From Octopus sinensis (lineage: Eukaryota), in contig NW_021834368.1 of assembly GCF_006345805.1 (NCBI RefSeq), positions 1 to 49,309 on the forward strand: 49,309 nt of DNA, read 5' to 3'. The position numbers were made by a program, and so were the translations under genes. How positions within the stretch are numbered: position 1 is the stretch's first letter; the number at the start of each line of letters is the position of its first letter. Below the pieces are notes generated by a model. That model was not told the DNA's origin and did not search any database. It worked only from the letters and a program-made list of their open reading frames with translations. Positions 13,990 to 26,769 of this stretch are shown here, in pieces.

Positions 13990-14570
13990 GCATTGGACAA
14001 ACTACGTCTAAGATAGTCAAGAAAGCTGAGAGTGTCTCAGCATCACTCAGTAAGATCTATGTCAGCCACCCTAGAGCTATCTAATTAAAGCTGCATATAT
14101 CTATGGTACGTCAACATTTAGAGTTTGCATCACCAGTTTAGAATTTTTATCTTGCTCGGCACATAAGTCTCCTGAAAACTGTTCAGAAACGTGCAAACAG
14201 ACGAATATCTGCCGTACACTGAACATCTTGCTTCCGTGAACATGGACACATTAAAGTTCCGACATCGGGCAACTGACTTTCTAGATACCTACAAGATTAT
14301 TCATTATCTTTCCAACAACGTTTGGCATTCCAGAAGTCTAACACTTGTGGACATGCTTACAGAACACAGCACCCATTATTTTCAAAAACATTTTTTTACG
14401 CTCACAATTGTAGAAGCATGGAATAAATTACCTCCATCTGTTATCGGCTGTCAAGTCACTACGTCCTTCAAAACTTCTATTCTTCTTGAAGTTCGCTTAC
14501 AGTACACCTGACGCCCCTTACACCTGTTTCTGCTTCTTCCTTTTTTTCTAAAAGACTCTTACGGTGTTCA
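13990..14570 (+). mobile_element. Old CR1/L2-group LINE 3' remnant
   Basis: Degenerate motifs VRQHLEFASP, VQKRA-like, DTYKII, VEAWNKLPPSV; mirrored at ~45720-46300. Confidence 0.65.
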
Positions 14571-14675
14571 CTTACTGTGCATATTCTATGTACGATTCAT
14601 ACAGTTTTGAATACTTTTTCTGATGAGTTGTAGTGTACCTGAGCACTATATAAAGTTCATCATTATATAAATATG

Positions 14676-14724
<49 letters not shown>

Positions 14725-14760
14725 ATGTGTGTGTGTGTGTGTGTGTGCGTGCGTGTAAGT

Positions 14761-14840
<80 letters not shown>

Positions 14841-14956
14841 CATATATACTTACATACATATATATATGTATGTATATAATGAAGAAATAAGTGATATAGA
14901 TATCCACTTTATACAACTCAACCAATTAGCGCTCTGATAGAGCTTCAGGAATATAA

Positions 14957-15406
14957 AATTAAGGAGGAGAGAAAACGCCATTTCTTCTAAAGCTTTAACC
15001 TTATGATTCTATTAACTATGATGAGAGATATATAAAGTATTGCGATGGTTGGATTTAGCTCGCCCATAGCATCCTATATGTTTTCGAAACGGCCGTAAGA
15101 CTTTATACATAGATTTTATACATGTTCCAGATTTCTTATGAATCATTTTATATTCACTTTATCATCCTCTTCATTGATTGAAATTTGAACATTCGGACTT
15201 CGCAAGTACATTTATGGACTTATATTTTAATATATTTATATCTATGAATTTTTATGTGTTTATAAATTTTTATATGTCTATGAAATCTTATATATCATAC
15301 AGATGAATGCATCTATATATGTATTTATACCATGCAGAATTTCGTTAATATGGATTGAATGAATATATACATCGACCTTTGAATTTGTTTTCTCTCCTCC
15401 TTAATT
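14957..15406 (+). mobile_element. ~450-bp pLTR-like unit with 19-bp inverted ends and an internal HHR remnant
   Basis: aattaaggaggagagaaaa (14957-14975) / ttttctctcctccttaatt (15388-15406); ATGATGA...CGAAAC-ggcc-GTA at ~15012-15103. Confidence 0.55.
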
Positions 15407-15827
15407 ATATATATTTATATTTATATTTATATTTATATATATATATAATGTACATACATATGTGTGTGCGTTTATATTTGTTCCCCTTCACACACCACTT
15501 GGCGATTAGTTTTTGTACATTATCTTAGCAATTCATCAAAAGAGAACGATAAAGTAAGTACCAAACTTTTAACAAGTAAGTACAGTTACTGATTTGTTAG
15601 ACAATACTCAACAAGAAAGTACTCTTAGCATGACCGCAGTGCGACGATTGAAAGATGCAAAATATGAAAAATAAAAGAAGAAAACAGTGTTTTTCAGATG
15701 AAGTCACTTATAAATTTGTTCAGCATCATATACATAAAATATTGCCTTATTATTTTCACCATCAGAAGGACAATGAATTTGTGACTGTTCGGTCTGTAAG
15801 CAACAGTACAGCTGTTCACAATCTGCA

Positions 15828-16354
15828 ATTGTAACTATTGTCACTATTATAACAGAAATACGAGGTCTGATCAATAAGTATCCAGGCTGTTGTCATAGTA
15901 TCGAGCTAAAGTAGGCAGAGTAAAGCCGCTTGGCACAGACATTGAACGCAGCTGTGCAAAAACTTGTCGATATTGACAAACGTTCTGCACTATGTAGTGA
16001 AAGTAAGCTAGAACGTCAAATCGTAGTACATATGTACAACAGAGTTCATGGTCTGATGAATAAGTATCTGGAATGTTGCTATAGTAACAAAGCTAAAGTA
16101 CGTAGAGTAAATCCGCTTGGCACAGATCGATCTTGAATTCTGCTGTACATATGCACAACGATTTAACGTTCTAGCTTACTTTCACTACATAGTGCAGAAC
16201 GTTTGTCAATATCGACAAGTTTTTGCACAGCTGCGTTCAATGTCTGTGCCAAGCGGCTTTACTCTGCCTACTTTAGCTAGATACTATGACAACAGTCTGG
16301 ATACTTATTGATCAGACCTCGTATTTCTGTTACAATAGTGACAATAGCTACAAT
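15828..16354. mobile_element. Mariner/Tc1-derived palindrome (MITE-like core 15861-16321 between TA dinucleotides)
   Basis: TA-CGAGGTCTGATCAATAAGTATCC...GGATACTTATTGATCAGACCTCG-TA; ~220-bp arms; spacer 16049-16133 is a diverged third copy of the terminus. Confidence 0.75.
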
Positions 16355-16440
16355 AGTGAATTCTTTCATCCTGTAGCTCTGCTGGTATATTTGAGAAAAA
16401 TTATATTAATATATCTTGTCTGTTGAAAATCCACATTTTT

Positions 16441-16522
16441 TGCAACTAAAGATGGCAATTTAAATTGATGTAATGCCTGCATTGTTCGATTAAATGGAAC
16501 CGCCTGAAACGGTCGTATTGCA
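16441..16522 (+). ncRNA. Degenerate type-I hammerhead ribozyme (CTAAAGA)
   Basis: tgcaa-CTAAAGA-tggc...gcct-GAAA-c ggtc g-TA-ttgca: 5-bp stem I, G5A core change. Confidence 0.6.
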
Positions 16523-16678
16523 TTAATACCTGAAATCCTGTTACTTATTTGATTATATATATATATATATATAAATTCAGCGTGAGTACTTGATAATTGT
16601 AAGCACCTGTATATACCATTTAGTGGTGTAGGTGGTGGAGTAAATTAATCAAAATAAAAACATGATGCCAAGAATTCA

Positions 16679-16756
16679 GCGGTACATATCTTTCGGGCCT
16701 TTATTAGACGAATTTATAACAATGCATAATGTGTGTCTATGGCCTTCTTCAGCCGC
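16679..16756 (-). ncRNA. Degenerate type-I HHR in the left pLTR arm
   Basis: gcgg-CTGAAGA-a ggcc..tagac/gtcta..ggcc c-GAAA-g atat g-TA-ccgc; position 15.2 is G instead of C. Confidence 0.6.
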
Positions 16757-17851
16757 GCACAATTACTACTTCAAGGACATGTATTACATCATAAATTCTA
16801 CGTTGGGGATGCAAATCCTCTCAGTCGCGAACGACATAGTGGGGCACCAGCACAAAAATGAAGCGTCCATCTCGTCTTTCACTCAATGTAGAATGAGGGA
16901 GCTTGGATGTTGAGGTAATATAAATATATAAATGAATAAATAAATATATAAATACACACAGACGTGAAAGAACCTGGTAATAAAAATAAATAGGGATAAA
17001 TACAGAGGGGCGAGAATTAAGGACGAAAGATAAAAAAATATAAAAATATAAAAAGATAAAAAATAAAAAAATAAAAAATATAAATGTAGAAATATAAAAA
17101 TATAAAAATATAAAGAAATATAAAAATATAAAAGAATATAAAAATATAAAAATATAAAAATATAAAAGGATATAAAAATATAAAAATATAAAAGAATATA
17201 AGGATAAGGGATATAAAGTGGTTACGAACTAACAAGGTGGTCAGAAAGATGACATATTCTGGTTGTAGAAGCCTAAGCGGTGGGTGTCATAAACCAACTG
17301 GAACGTCTGGGTACCCAGTATATGGTAGGTTAGGGCTGTCTGGTTTGTGGTTAAACCGCTTATCTATTTCCTCGTAAATTGTCTAGTGGTCAACATGTAC
17401 ATACGTACACGCATGGATACATATACACATATACACGCATACATATACGCACGCATACACATCCACATACATACATGCATACATACGTACTCTCGTGTAA
17501 AAATATACACATACAAACGGGAAAAGGCGCATATAGTTGGGTACACGAACTGACACGCATACGTACGTATATACATATACGTACATGCGTACATACAGAC
17601 ACACTCGCACTCACACTCATTCACAAGACAAAGTAAATCTCTATGCATATGGGCAAAAATATGCATGCCCACACCCACACACATGGGGGAGTAGATCCTT
17701 ATGCATATACACAAAAATATGCATATATGCATATGCACAGATACAGGTAAAACAAGTAGATCCATTCTCGCACACAGGCAAGATACGGAATTATAATGGG
17801 CACAAAAGGTAGACATGAAAGTAAAAAACCTGACGGTAAGAAATTATAACA

Positions 17852-17890
<39 letters not shown>

Positions 17891-18057
17891 TACACACACA
17901 CACACGTATATATATATACAGACACACACATATATACACACACGCATATATACATACACATGGACCCACACACACACACACCCACACGCACATACATATA
18001 TCTGTGTGTCTATATATGCATATACACATACATATATATATACACAGACGTACGCAC

Positions 18058-18113
<56 letters not shown>

Positions 18114-19638
18114 ATGTATATATACACATACACACACATACATATTCATACTCACACACATATACAGATATACATACAAATACATAGATAAGGATATAAG
18201 GAAAAAGAACTAAAAATAGACATACATAGAGAAAAAAAATTGATAAAATAGGGGTAAAAATAGAAGTAAAAATAAGGATAAAGTTAAAAATTAGAAATAA
18301 AAAAATAAAATAAAACAAAGGTAATCGAGTAAAGATTAACATGAAATGAAGGTAAAATAAAAGGTGGTTGCAAAGGTAAAGGTACAGGTGTGTGTTAAAG
18401 GTGACCACCCAGGGGCGGGGAGGGGAACTGAGGCAGGGAGGAGGGGAAAATTACGGAGTAGTCATAAGTGAAAGGGTGGGAAGCGGGGTTCGGGGGTGTT
18501 CGCTCAACATCAAAGCTAGAAATGGAAAAAGGTATAGATATAGGGAAATAAAATATATATATAGGAAAAAGATAGATATAGAAAAGAAATATATAGGAAA
18601 AAAATATATATAGGAGACAAAATATATATATAGGAAAAAAAACGGGATGTGCTGGAGCTGACAAGTTGTACTTGGATGGGAGGATATTGCATGGGGAAGT
18701 AGGTATAATAGCCTAAGCTTTGTAGTATTTGAAAGAGGGCCTGAATTCAGATCTTTTATTAATTAGTTTGTGTTTCTCCTTGAATTTCAAGATATTCAGG
18801 AGTTCCACACAACATAGCTGGCATCCTGTTCTATTATTTAAATAAGGTGCAGCTGATCCGATGATGGACCACCTGAGTTTGAAACCTATGCTATTGTATT
18901 TTAATTCCAAATTTTTTTAGATAGGGAGGTGCTGCTAGCCTTGTGTCTATGCCTGAATGAGGACCGTGGTTGTAGTATCTGGATTTCCAGGAGGTCGAGC
19001 AACCTATGTAGGTGGAGATTGTCGGGCTAAAAACGTAATATATTCATGTGAGGTGAGTACCCAGTTTAACACACTCACCAGACGTTCCAGTTGGTTTATG
19101 ACACCCACCGCTTAGGCTTCTACAACCAGAATATGTCATCTTTCTGACCACCTTGTTAGTTCGTAACCACTTTATATCCCTTATCCTTATATTCTTTTAT
19201 ATTTTTATATTTTTTATATCCTGTTATATTTTTATATTTTTTTATATTTCTTTATATTTTTTTATATTTTTTTATATTTCTTTATATTTTTATATTTTTA
19301 TATTTCTACATTTATATTTTTTATTTTTTTATTTTTTATCTTTTTATATTTTTATATTTTTTTATCTTTCGTCCTTAATTCTCGCCCCTCTATCTTTATC
19401 CCTATTTATTTTTATTACCAGGTTCTTTCACGTCTGTGTGTATTTATATATTTATTTATTCATTTATTTATTTATATTACCTCAACATCCAAGCTCCCTC
19501 ATTCTACATTGAGTGAAAGACGAGATGGACGCTTCATTTTTGTGCTGGTGCCCCACTATGTCGTACGCGACTGAGAGGATTTGCATCCCCAACGTAGAAT
19601 TTATGATGTAATACATGTCCTTGAAGTAGTAATTGTGC

Positions 19639-19716
19639 GCGGCTGAAGAAGGCCATAGACACACATTATGCATTGTTATAAATCCGTCTAATAAAGGCCC
19701 GAAAGATATGTACCGC
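19639..19716 (+). ncRNA. Same degenerate HHR in the inverted pLTR arm
   Basis: Mirror of 16679-16756 with the same defects. Confidence 0.6.
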
Positions 19717-19779
19717 TGAATTCTTGGCATCATGTTTTTATTTTGATTAATATATATATATATATATATATTAACTAAC

Positions 19780-20067
19780 TTTAACCATATGAACGTTGTA
19801 ACATTTGGTCAACAGAATATTTCTATCACTTATATAAATGCAAGCATTATTCTTTTCTATCGAGAATATTCGGAAGTTAAGATCCATCAATTTCTTGACA
19901 ACATTAAGAGCATTACGGTGAACGTTCCACTTCGATGCTTCAGAAAAATATGAGTGAAATTCAACTAGTAACTGTTTCACGTGATCTAGTTCACCATCAG
20001 ACATTGCCTTAATCAAGGAGTTCCATTCATCGTTTTCTACATCCATTTTCAAGATAGATATGTTCTT
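19780..20067 (-). CDS. Candidate internal host exon (288 nt, phase 0/0), ankyrin-like helical sequence
   Basis: Polypyrimidine acceptor ttttcattcttcag, open 96 codons KNISILKMDVENDEWNSLIKAMSDGELDHVKQLLVEF..., donor aaa|GTTAGT. Confidence 0.45.
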
Positions 20068-21079
20068 CTGAAGAATGAAAATATAAGTAAATTAAAGAAG
20101 CTGTTAATTAAACATGATCTGTTAAAATAAATTTAAGATGATACAAAGATGGCTAAAAGGAGAGATAAAGACAGTGGATAAGAAAGAAAGAAAGAAACAA
20201 ACAAACAAACCAACAAACCAACAAGCAAACAAATAAAGAAACAAAGAAACAAAAATAGAAAGGAAAAAGAAATACAGAAATAGATGCAATGAGGAAGAAA
20301 GGAAAGAGGAAAACAAAATGAAAATGAAAAAAGAAACAAAGAATGAATGAAAAGATGAAAAAATTAATGAATTGGATGAAAAAGTGTTTTTATGAAGGCG
20401 TTTCTTTTTTATTTCTTTTACTAGACAATTATGTTTGGAACAATAGTGTTGCTAAATCCATTAGTCTTTTCCATTCTTGTTAGCCTCATCATCAGAATGA
20501 AACGATGATAATTCTTTCTGAGTTCCAGTTTGTTGATTGCTCGTCAGAAGACAGGTACGTTATTTCTTTTCTCAAACAGAATGAAAGGATAAAAGGGATA
20601 ATATATGCACATCCTTGACAGTAATTTGCTAAGAATTATGGGAATACTACTATCAGAAATAAAATAATCAACTCCATACATAAAACTTATACAATACAAT
20701 TGTTCTGGTAGATTTTAGGGTTTATTTTACACGTAATGAAGCTCCGCCTTGGATCTTGGTTTGCGTTTTGTTATTGGTGAACATTCCATGATTACTCGTC
20801 TCCTTTTTAATCGAGAGGTCACCACTATACATTATTATACAGTACAAGAAATAATACTAAATAGAAAACAACAATCATTAGTTGATGATACTACAATTTT
20901 ATAGAGAAATTAAATACATATGTTTTAAAATATAGTTATAGCAGTATCGCCATGATCTTTCGCAACCTATTGCATAGTGTGCGAACAACGTTATAATTAC
21001 CATTATTTCATTTTGATGATGAGGTCAAAAAGCTCTCGAAATGTTAATACTAATGTTCCAAACATAAACATAAACAACG

Positions 21080-23840
21080 TTGCCCAGTGGACTATAGAAA
21101 CATGATATAAAGCGTCTTGCTCACGGACACAACACGCCACCAGAAACCGAGCTCACAACCTATCGAGCGTAAGACGTCTACCCTAATCACTAAGCCACAA
21201 GCCTTCATTTGACTGGAAGACCTAACGAAAAGGATCACAATTCAACTCTGTAACAATCTTCATATATCAATACACAATTAAAACCCCCGTTCTGGAGTTA
21301 GGGGTGCTCCCTGGTTCGAGTGAGTGTTTTAGGATGCTCGCGCGTTCAGCTATGCATAACTTGCAACGCTTCGTCCCGTTGATGTAGGGGCCTGGGGTCT
21401 CTAGTAATTTCCATGAGATCGACCATGAGATCCCATTGTCTCTTAGTTGCCAGACGTGATTGGCCAGCGATGTTACGTACCTCCTTTCCAGAACTCTGAA
21501 GGAGGACCTATGGCTGGAGATACGCTGCTTGAGAGAATTCCCAGTACATTCAATGCATTTCCGTAGGCGCATGTTGTCGGTGCTGCACTTGTTGCTGTTG
21601 TTGCTGCTTGTTTGTTGAGCGAAGCGGTCTTCGTCCCATTAGTGGGAGAAGTCCGAAACGTGGTCCTTTGCTATTCGTAAGACCCGCAGAAGAGAAAGCA
21701 GGTCAACCCCCGACACCGAGAGCATCGACGGATGGATGAATGCGCATCAAGGCTCAGCGGTTGCGTAGGAAGTCGAGGACAAGAAACAGGAAGAAAGAGT
21801 GAGAGAAAGTTGGAGCGAAAGAGTACAACAGGAGTCGCCACCACCCCCTGCCGGAGCCTCGTGGGGCTTTTAGGTGTTTTCGCTCAATAAACACACACAA
21901 CGCCCGGTCTGGGAATCGATACTGCGATCCTCCGACCGCGTGTCCGCTGCCCTAACCACTGGGGCATTTCGCCTCCTGCTGTTGCTGCTGTTATTGTTGT
22001 TACTGGAGCTGGGGCTGCTGGTGTTAGCGTCGCTGAATGTGGTGGTGACGACGGTAATATTATCGCCACTGCGCGTGTTGTCGATGTTCCACCTGTTGTC
22101 GCTGTTGCTGCTGTTGTTTGGAAATAGCTATCCTTCCAATTCCTATTCCTCACGGAATGTTTCAGCTGGCTGGCTCTGCTGGTGTTGACGTTCTTAGAGG
22201 TAGTGGTGGCGTCAGCAATGCTACCGCCACTGCCGGTTACGGTTAAGGCGCTGTTGTTGTTAATATTGCTGTTATTGTTGTTATTATTGCCTGTCTTCAC
22301 CAATGGTGGAGGAGCTGCCACTGTTGCTGGGAGTGACATTAGTCGTGGTTACGCCGGTGCTTCTGCTAGGGCCACTGCTGCTGCTCCTGCTGCTGCTGCT
22401 GCTACTGCCGCTACTGCCGTTACGGCTGGCGTTGGCACTGGATCTGTTGCTGCTGCTATAGGGGCTTTCATGTCTGCTACTGTAGACGTCAGAGAAGTTA
22501 TTGGTAAGGTTGGTGTTGGTGGTGATGCTGCTGTTGTTGTTGTTAGTGATGCTGCCAACGGGAGGACTGCCAATGCTGTCTGTGATGCTGCTGTTGCTAA
22601 CGTTGTTAATGCTGTCAACTGCGGCGATGGTGGTGGTGTTGTTGGTTCTGTTCTCATATCTATTGGCTGCTATTACTTCTGCCGGTGGTATTGCCAGGGT
22701 TCACTAATACTTCGGCTTGATAGACGACCCCTTTGGGTTCGCAGAAGCCTCCTGTCGAGCAACTGTTGCGGTCCCTGCATGAACAACCTGCCTCTTCCTG
22801 TGGCTTAGGGGCACTAACTACAATACTCTTACTACTGGGGGCACAGCTAAACGAGACCCTAACGTTGTGCCTGTTGAAGATGAGCCCGTACCTATGAGAG
22901 CTAGTGAAATGCTTGTCTACTAACTTAAGGAATAGTCTACTTACGGACGTTATTGTGTTAAGGGAGAAGTGGTGAGGAAGCAAACTAAATGGTATTTCTG
23001 CGGCTGTTGGGTTTTGGCATGTAGGTGATGCGGTCCCTAAATCCGTTGTCAACGAGAGCCTCGTTATAGTACGGGGCCGCTGCATCGAAAGCCTCTTGGT
23101 TGGAGGAAAGGCTCGTAATCTTCTTACTAAACACCCTCTACGAGGTTCTTGAACAGGATGGGTGGGTGGCAGGAGGCAATGTTGATGTACGTTAGCTTCT
23201 CGTTTGGTTTGCGATAGGGCCTGTAAGTACCGGCGCCCAAGTTGAACGTGAAGTTGGTCTTTATGCTGATCTTCAATCTCAAGGAGGCAAGCGTACTGAT
23301 TAAGTGTCTTTTTTAATCCTGCCTAGTGTATGCCCGCTTGCTGCCTAAGAGATGGCCAGGGCTTTATCTCTGTAGATGCAAAAAGCGGACAGAGAGGAGC
23401 TTTTTCCTAAGGTTATCTAGAATATACAACCCGATGAGATCGCATACAACAGCGCCGTCGTAGACACCCATCGCCACGATAAAAGGAGCCCGTAGGGTCG
23501 GATTGCTTGACCCATGCCGAACCTTTGTTGAACAGCACTGTCTTTCTGGCATGCATGATAATTTCTACATCTCTGTCGCTAATGCTGGCGAAGCCCCTAG
23601 TGAAAAAAGCGCCTTGGTCAGTAGCCCTTTTGATATAGACGGGTAACAATCGACTATAACAAATTGGGTGAACCTTGCTTTGCCTCTTCCCTTGTAGGTG
23701 TTAAACCATGCGGTCACTTCGCTAGCGCTGCGTTACAGGGAAAGGTTGGTGGGTCTTCTTATGCTGTTATTGATATCTCTTAATATGTGTTTGCTCGCCA
23801 GACTGGATTGATCTGGCGACATTTGGGGTTTCAAATGTTT
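21080..23840 (-). mobile_element. Decayed Penelope-like element (Naiad-like RT + C-terminal GIY-YIG), left copy
   Basis: RT: HARKTVLFNKGSAWVK, MGVYDGAVVCDLIGLYIL, YRDKAL in place of YRDD; EN: VVYQAEV...KCIECTG..KQRISSH...CKLCIAER...NSRT. Confidence 0.9.
21611..21976 (-). mobile_element. tRNA-derived SINE (second family) inserted in the PLE endonuclease linker
   Basis: Head GGAGGCGAAATGCCCCAGTGGTTAGGGC...GTATCGATTCCC with A/B-box-like motifs; mirror at 43294-43660. Confidence 0.75.
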
Positions 23841-23922
23841 GCTTTCAAAATGTGACCTAGTGTGTACCGTTGGAAATTTTTTTTCCTCTGTCTTCCTTTC
23901 TCTGGATCTTTCCTTCACCTAT

Positions 23923-23957
23923 GTTTCCGACGAAGAGCTCCGTTCGAAACGTTAAAC
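23923..23957 (+). ncRNA. Minimal type-I HHR, CCGACGA variant with loopless palindromic stem III
   Basis: gttt-CCGACGA-a gagc tcc gttc-GAAA-CG-TT-aaac, inside pLTR-like repeat 23855-24056. Confidence 0.6.
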
Positions 23958-24054
23958 CCTCCTTCTTTCCTTCTTCCTGAGCGTCCAATAATAATATATT
24001 TATTCCACGTCCTCGCGTTGAAGTGTTTTTTTGTCCTTTCTTGTTTGGATTAAC

Positions 24055-24115
<61 letters not shown>

Positions 24116-24249
24116 TGCGGTGAATAAATTGTCGTCTAAATTATGCAAAAACGAAAATAACACTCACATCTCTATTACATGATTTTGTAAATGAACAATC
24201 TGATGTGATTATTTTGATAGAGTGCGTTTCTCTGTCCCATGTGAAGTAT

Positions 24250-24536
24250 AGGCAGAATAGCAAAGTAACAGAACCTAGCTAATGAATTACAAAGACTATG
24301 GAAAGAGTGGGTAAAATTTATCCCAGTAGTTATAGGTGCATTGGGAACTATCCCTAAAAATGTGAACAGCTGGATAAAGGAAATAGGTATAAATCCCAGT
24401 GAAGTACAGCTGCGGAAAACAGTGTTATTAGGGACAGCTAAAGTACTTATGAAGGTTCTTGGCATCTAAATCTACTTGTTGTAGCCCGATGTTAGGTTTC
24501 TTTTCTTTTCCAACGGTCTAATCTGTTGAGTGTATG

Positions 24537-24537
<1 letters not shown>
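24250..24537 (+). mobile_element. R4/Dong-clade 3' fragment
   Basis: Plus strand QNLANELQRLWKEWVKFIPVVIGALGTIPK...KTVLLGTAKVLMKVLGI*, then 3' UTR and (AAT)n; mirror at ~39780-40070. Confidence 0.8.
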
Positions 24538-24581
<44 letters not shown>

Positions 24582-24596
24582 GTAATAGTAATAGTA

Positions 24597-24643
<47 letters not shown>

Positions 24644-24645
<2 letters not shown>

Positions 24646-26686
24646 GATCAACTAATGATTGATAAAGCCATAACTGAAGACAGCCACAGAAAGAAGAAAG
24701 GCCTCAGTATGGCCTGGATTGACTACAAAAAGGCGTTTGATAGCATCCCCCACACATGGATCCTCGAAACACTAGCCATTAACAAAGTAGCACCAACAAT
24801 CATAAAATTCATAGAGCACTCTATGAATAAATGGCAAACAGTCCTACACCTCCAAACAAAAGAGGGACTCATGAAAACCAAAGACATCCCCATTAGAAGA
24901 GGAATATTCCAGGGAGATACGCTCTCTCCACTCCTTTTCTGCTTGGCACTGTCACCTCTATCTGATATGCTAAATAGAACTGGATGCGGATATAAAAGTT
25001 ACGGCAAAACGATCAGCCACCTTTTATATATGGATGACCTAAAACTATACGCTGCAAATGACAAACAGCTGGAAACACTATTAAAGACAGTTCATGGATT
25101 TACCAAAGAAATAGATATGAAATTTGGATTAGAAAAATGCGCCAAAGTAACCATGAAAAGAGGAAAACTAGTTAAGAGTAACAACATCACACTAGATGAA
25201 GCAAATGAAATAAAAGAATTAGACCAAAGCCAAACTTACAAATACTTAGGAATCCATGAACTAGATAAGACACAACACACACAAATGAAAGAGAAAATAA
25301 AAAAAGAATATTACAGACGAGTTAGATCAATACTAAACACAGAGCTCAATGCTAAAAATAAGATAATAGGTATCAACACTTTAGCTGTCCCAGTTATAAG
25401 TTACAGCTACAATATCCTTAACTGGACACGAAATGAACTGACCAAAGTAGACAGGAAAACAAGAAAAATAATGACAGGATCTAGGATGCATCACCCAAAA
25501 TCTGACATAGAAAGACTATATATACAACGTATAGAAGGTGGTAGGGGCCTTATACAGCTGGAAAACTACTATAAAATAACCACCATAGGACTGCAAAAAT
25601 ATCTACTTCAGAAGGAAGGAAAACTGATCCAGATAGCGGCAAAACACGAGCAAAACAAAAAACTGTTCTCAGTATTTAAGGAAGCTGACAAATACAAACA
25701 AGAAATCATACCACCTAATAAACATGAAGAAGAAGAAGAAGAAGATGAAGAAACAACAAAAGCTATAAAACAAATGAAATCCAAACTAAAAATAGAACAG
25801 CAACGAACCATGATAAAACGATGGCAAGAAAAGCCCCTTCATGGTAAATACTGGACTAAACTAAACGCAAAAGAAATAGACAAAGAAAAATCCCAGCAAT
25901 GGTTGAGAAGCTCAGGACTCAAAGCAGAAACAGAGGGATTTTTAATTGCAGCACAAGACCAAAGCCTCCCCACCAGAAATTACCAAGAACATGTAATGAA
26001 AAGAATTACAAGTAACTGCAGAATATGTGGAGATGGACAAGAAACAATAAATCATATTATCTCTAGCTGCCCAGTCCTGGCTAAGAAGGAATATATTCAC
26101 AGACATTTCAGAGTTGGAACTTACATACATTGGAAGCTATGCCAACATTATGGAATAACAACAGAAAAAAGATGGTATAGGCACACACCAGAAAAGGTCA
26201 CAGAAAACGAGAAAGCAACCATACTCTGGGATATGCCGATACACACAGATAGAGAAATTACGGCCAACAGACCAGATATAGTTGTCAGAGACCATGAAGA
26301 AAAAAAATGCTTTCTAATTGATGTATCAGTACCGGCAGATGACAACGTTTCTCTAAAAGAAATGGAGAAACTCTCAAAATACAAAGACCTGGAAATAGAG
26401 GTAACTTGAATGTGGAATCTGAAAACAGAAACAATTCCTATCATAGTAGGTGCATTAGGCATGATAAAAAAATATTCAGACAAATACATAACAAAAACAC
26501 CAGGACTTACAAACACATATAACATACAGAAAATTGCACTACTAGGCACTGCACACATCCTACGCAGAACACTTTCCATACAATAACCATCAGAGCATCA
26601 CAACAAATCACAGCACATACCCAAGGCACACAGAGCTGCGCTCGGTAGTGAAGTGAAAGCACGCTATAAAAATAAAAATAAAACTA

Positions 26687-26690
<4 letters not shown>
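24644..26690 (+). mobile_element. 5'-truncated R4/Dong-clade non-LTR element: RT, CCHC finger, PD-(D/E)XK endonuclease
   Basis: ORF 24655-26409: WIDYKKAFDS, GIFQGDTLSPLLF, LYMDDLK, CRICG..ETINHIISSC, RPDIVV..LIDVSVP..KEMEKLSKY; one TGA then MWNLKT..IVGALG; (AAT)n on both sides. Confidence 0.93.
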
Positions 26691-26750
<60 letters not shown>

Positions 26751-26769
26751 GCAAATATTCTGCTCAATA

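Larger units (their letters stand above)
16573..19750 (-). mobile_element. 5'-truncated Penelope-like element: GIY-YIG fragment flanked by ~670-bp inverted pLTR copies (16645-17310 / 19078-19750)
   Basis: Minus strand YIGCSTSWKSRYYNH then (frameshift) WELKYNSIGFKLRWSIIGSAAPY...CQLC..ELLNI...LINKRSE (18713-19010); arms are near-identical reverse complements. Confidence 0.85.

Noticed and set aside
15710-15824. Minus-strand short open frame (CEQLYCCLQTEQSQIHCPSDGENNKAIFYVYDAEQIYK)
   Set aside because: Weak donor, phase incompatible with the 19780-20067 exon, no recognisable domain.
11776-18408. Many ORFs reading [18 protein letters not shown] (also 45334-48502)
   Set aside because: Translations of (TA)n, (TG)n and (CA)n microsatellites; no coding signal.
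20425-20553. Plus-strand AG...CAG|GTACGT exon-like segment
   Set aside because: Stops in all three frames; no supporting evidence.
21005-21056. ATGATGA...ctcGAAA-tgtta-ATA HHR-like motif (mirror ~44215-44260)
   Set aside because: C3 is missing and stems I and II pair poorly.
21884-22808. Long Ala/Thr/Leu-rich ORFs on both strands (also 42507-43396)
   Set aside because: Alternative frames of the triplet-rich PLE linker plus a SINE, not independent genes.
26407-26409. In-frame TGA in the Dong ORF and TGA at the end of the PLE GIY-YIG (44001-44003) as possible selenocysteine codons
   Set aside because: Both align to expected Arg positions (CGA to TGA CpG decay), not Cys; no SECIS was recognised.
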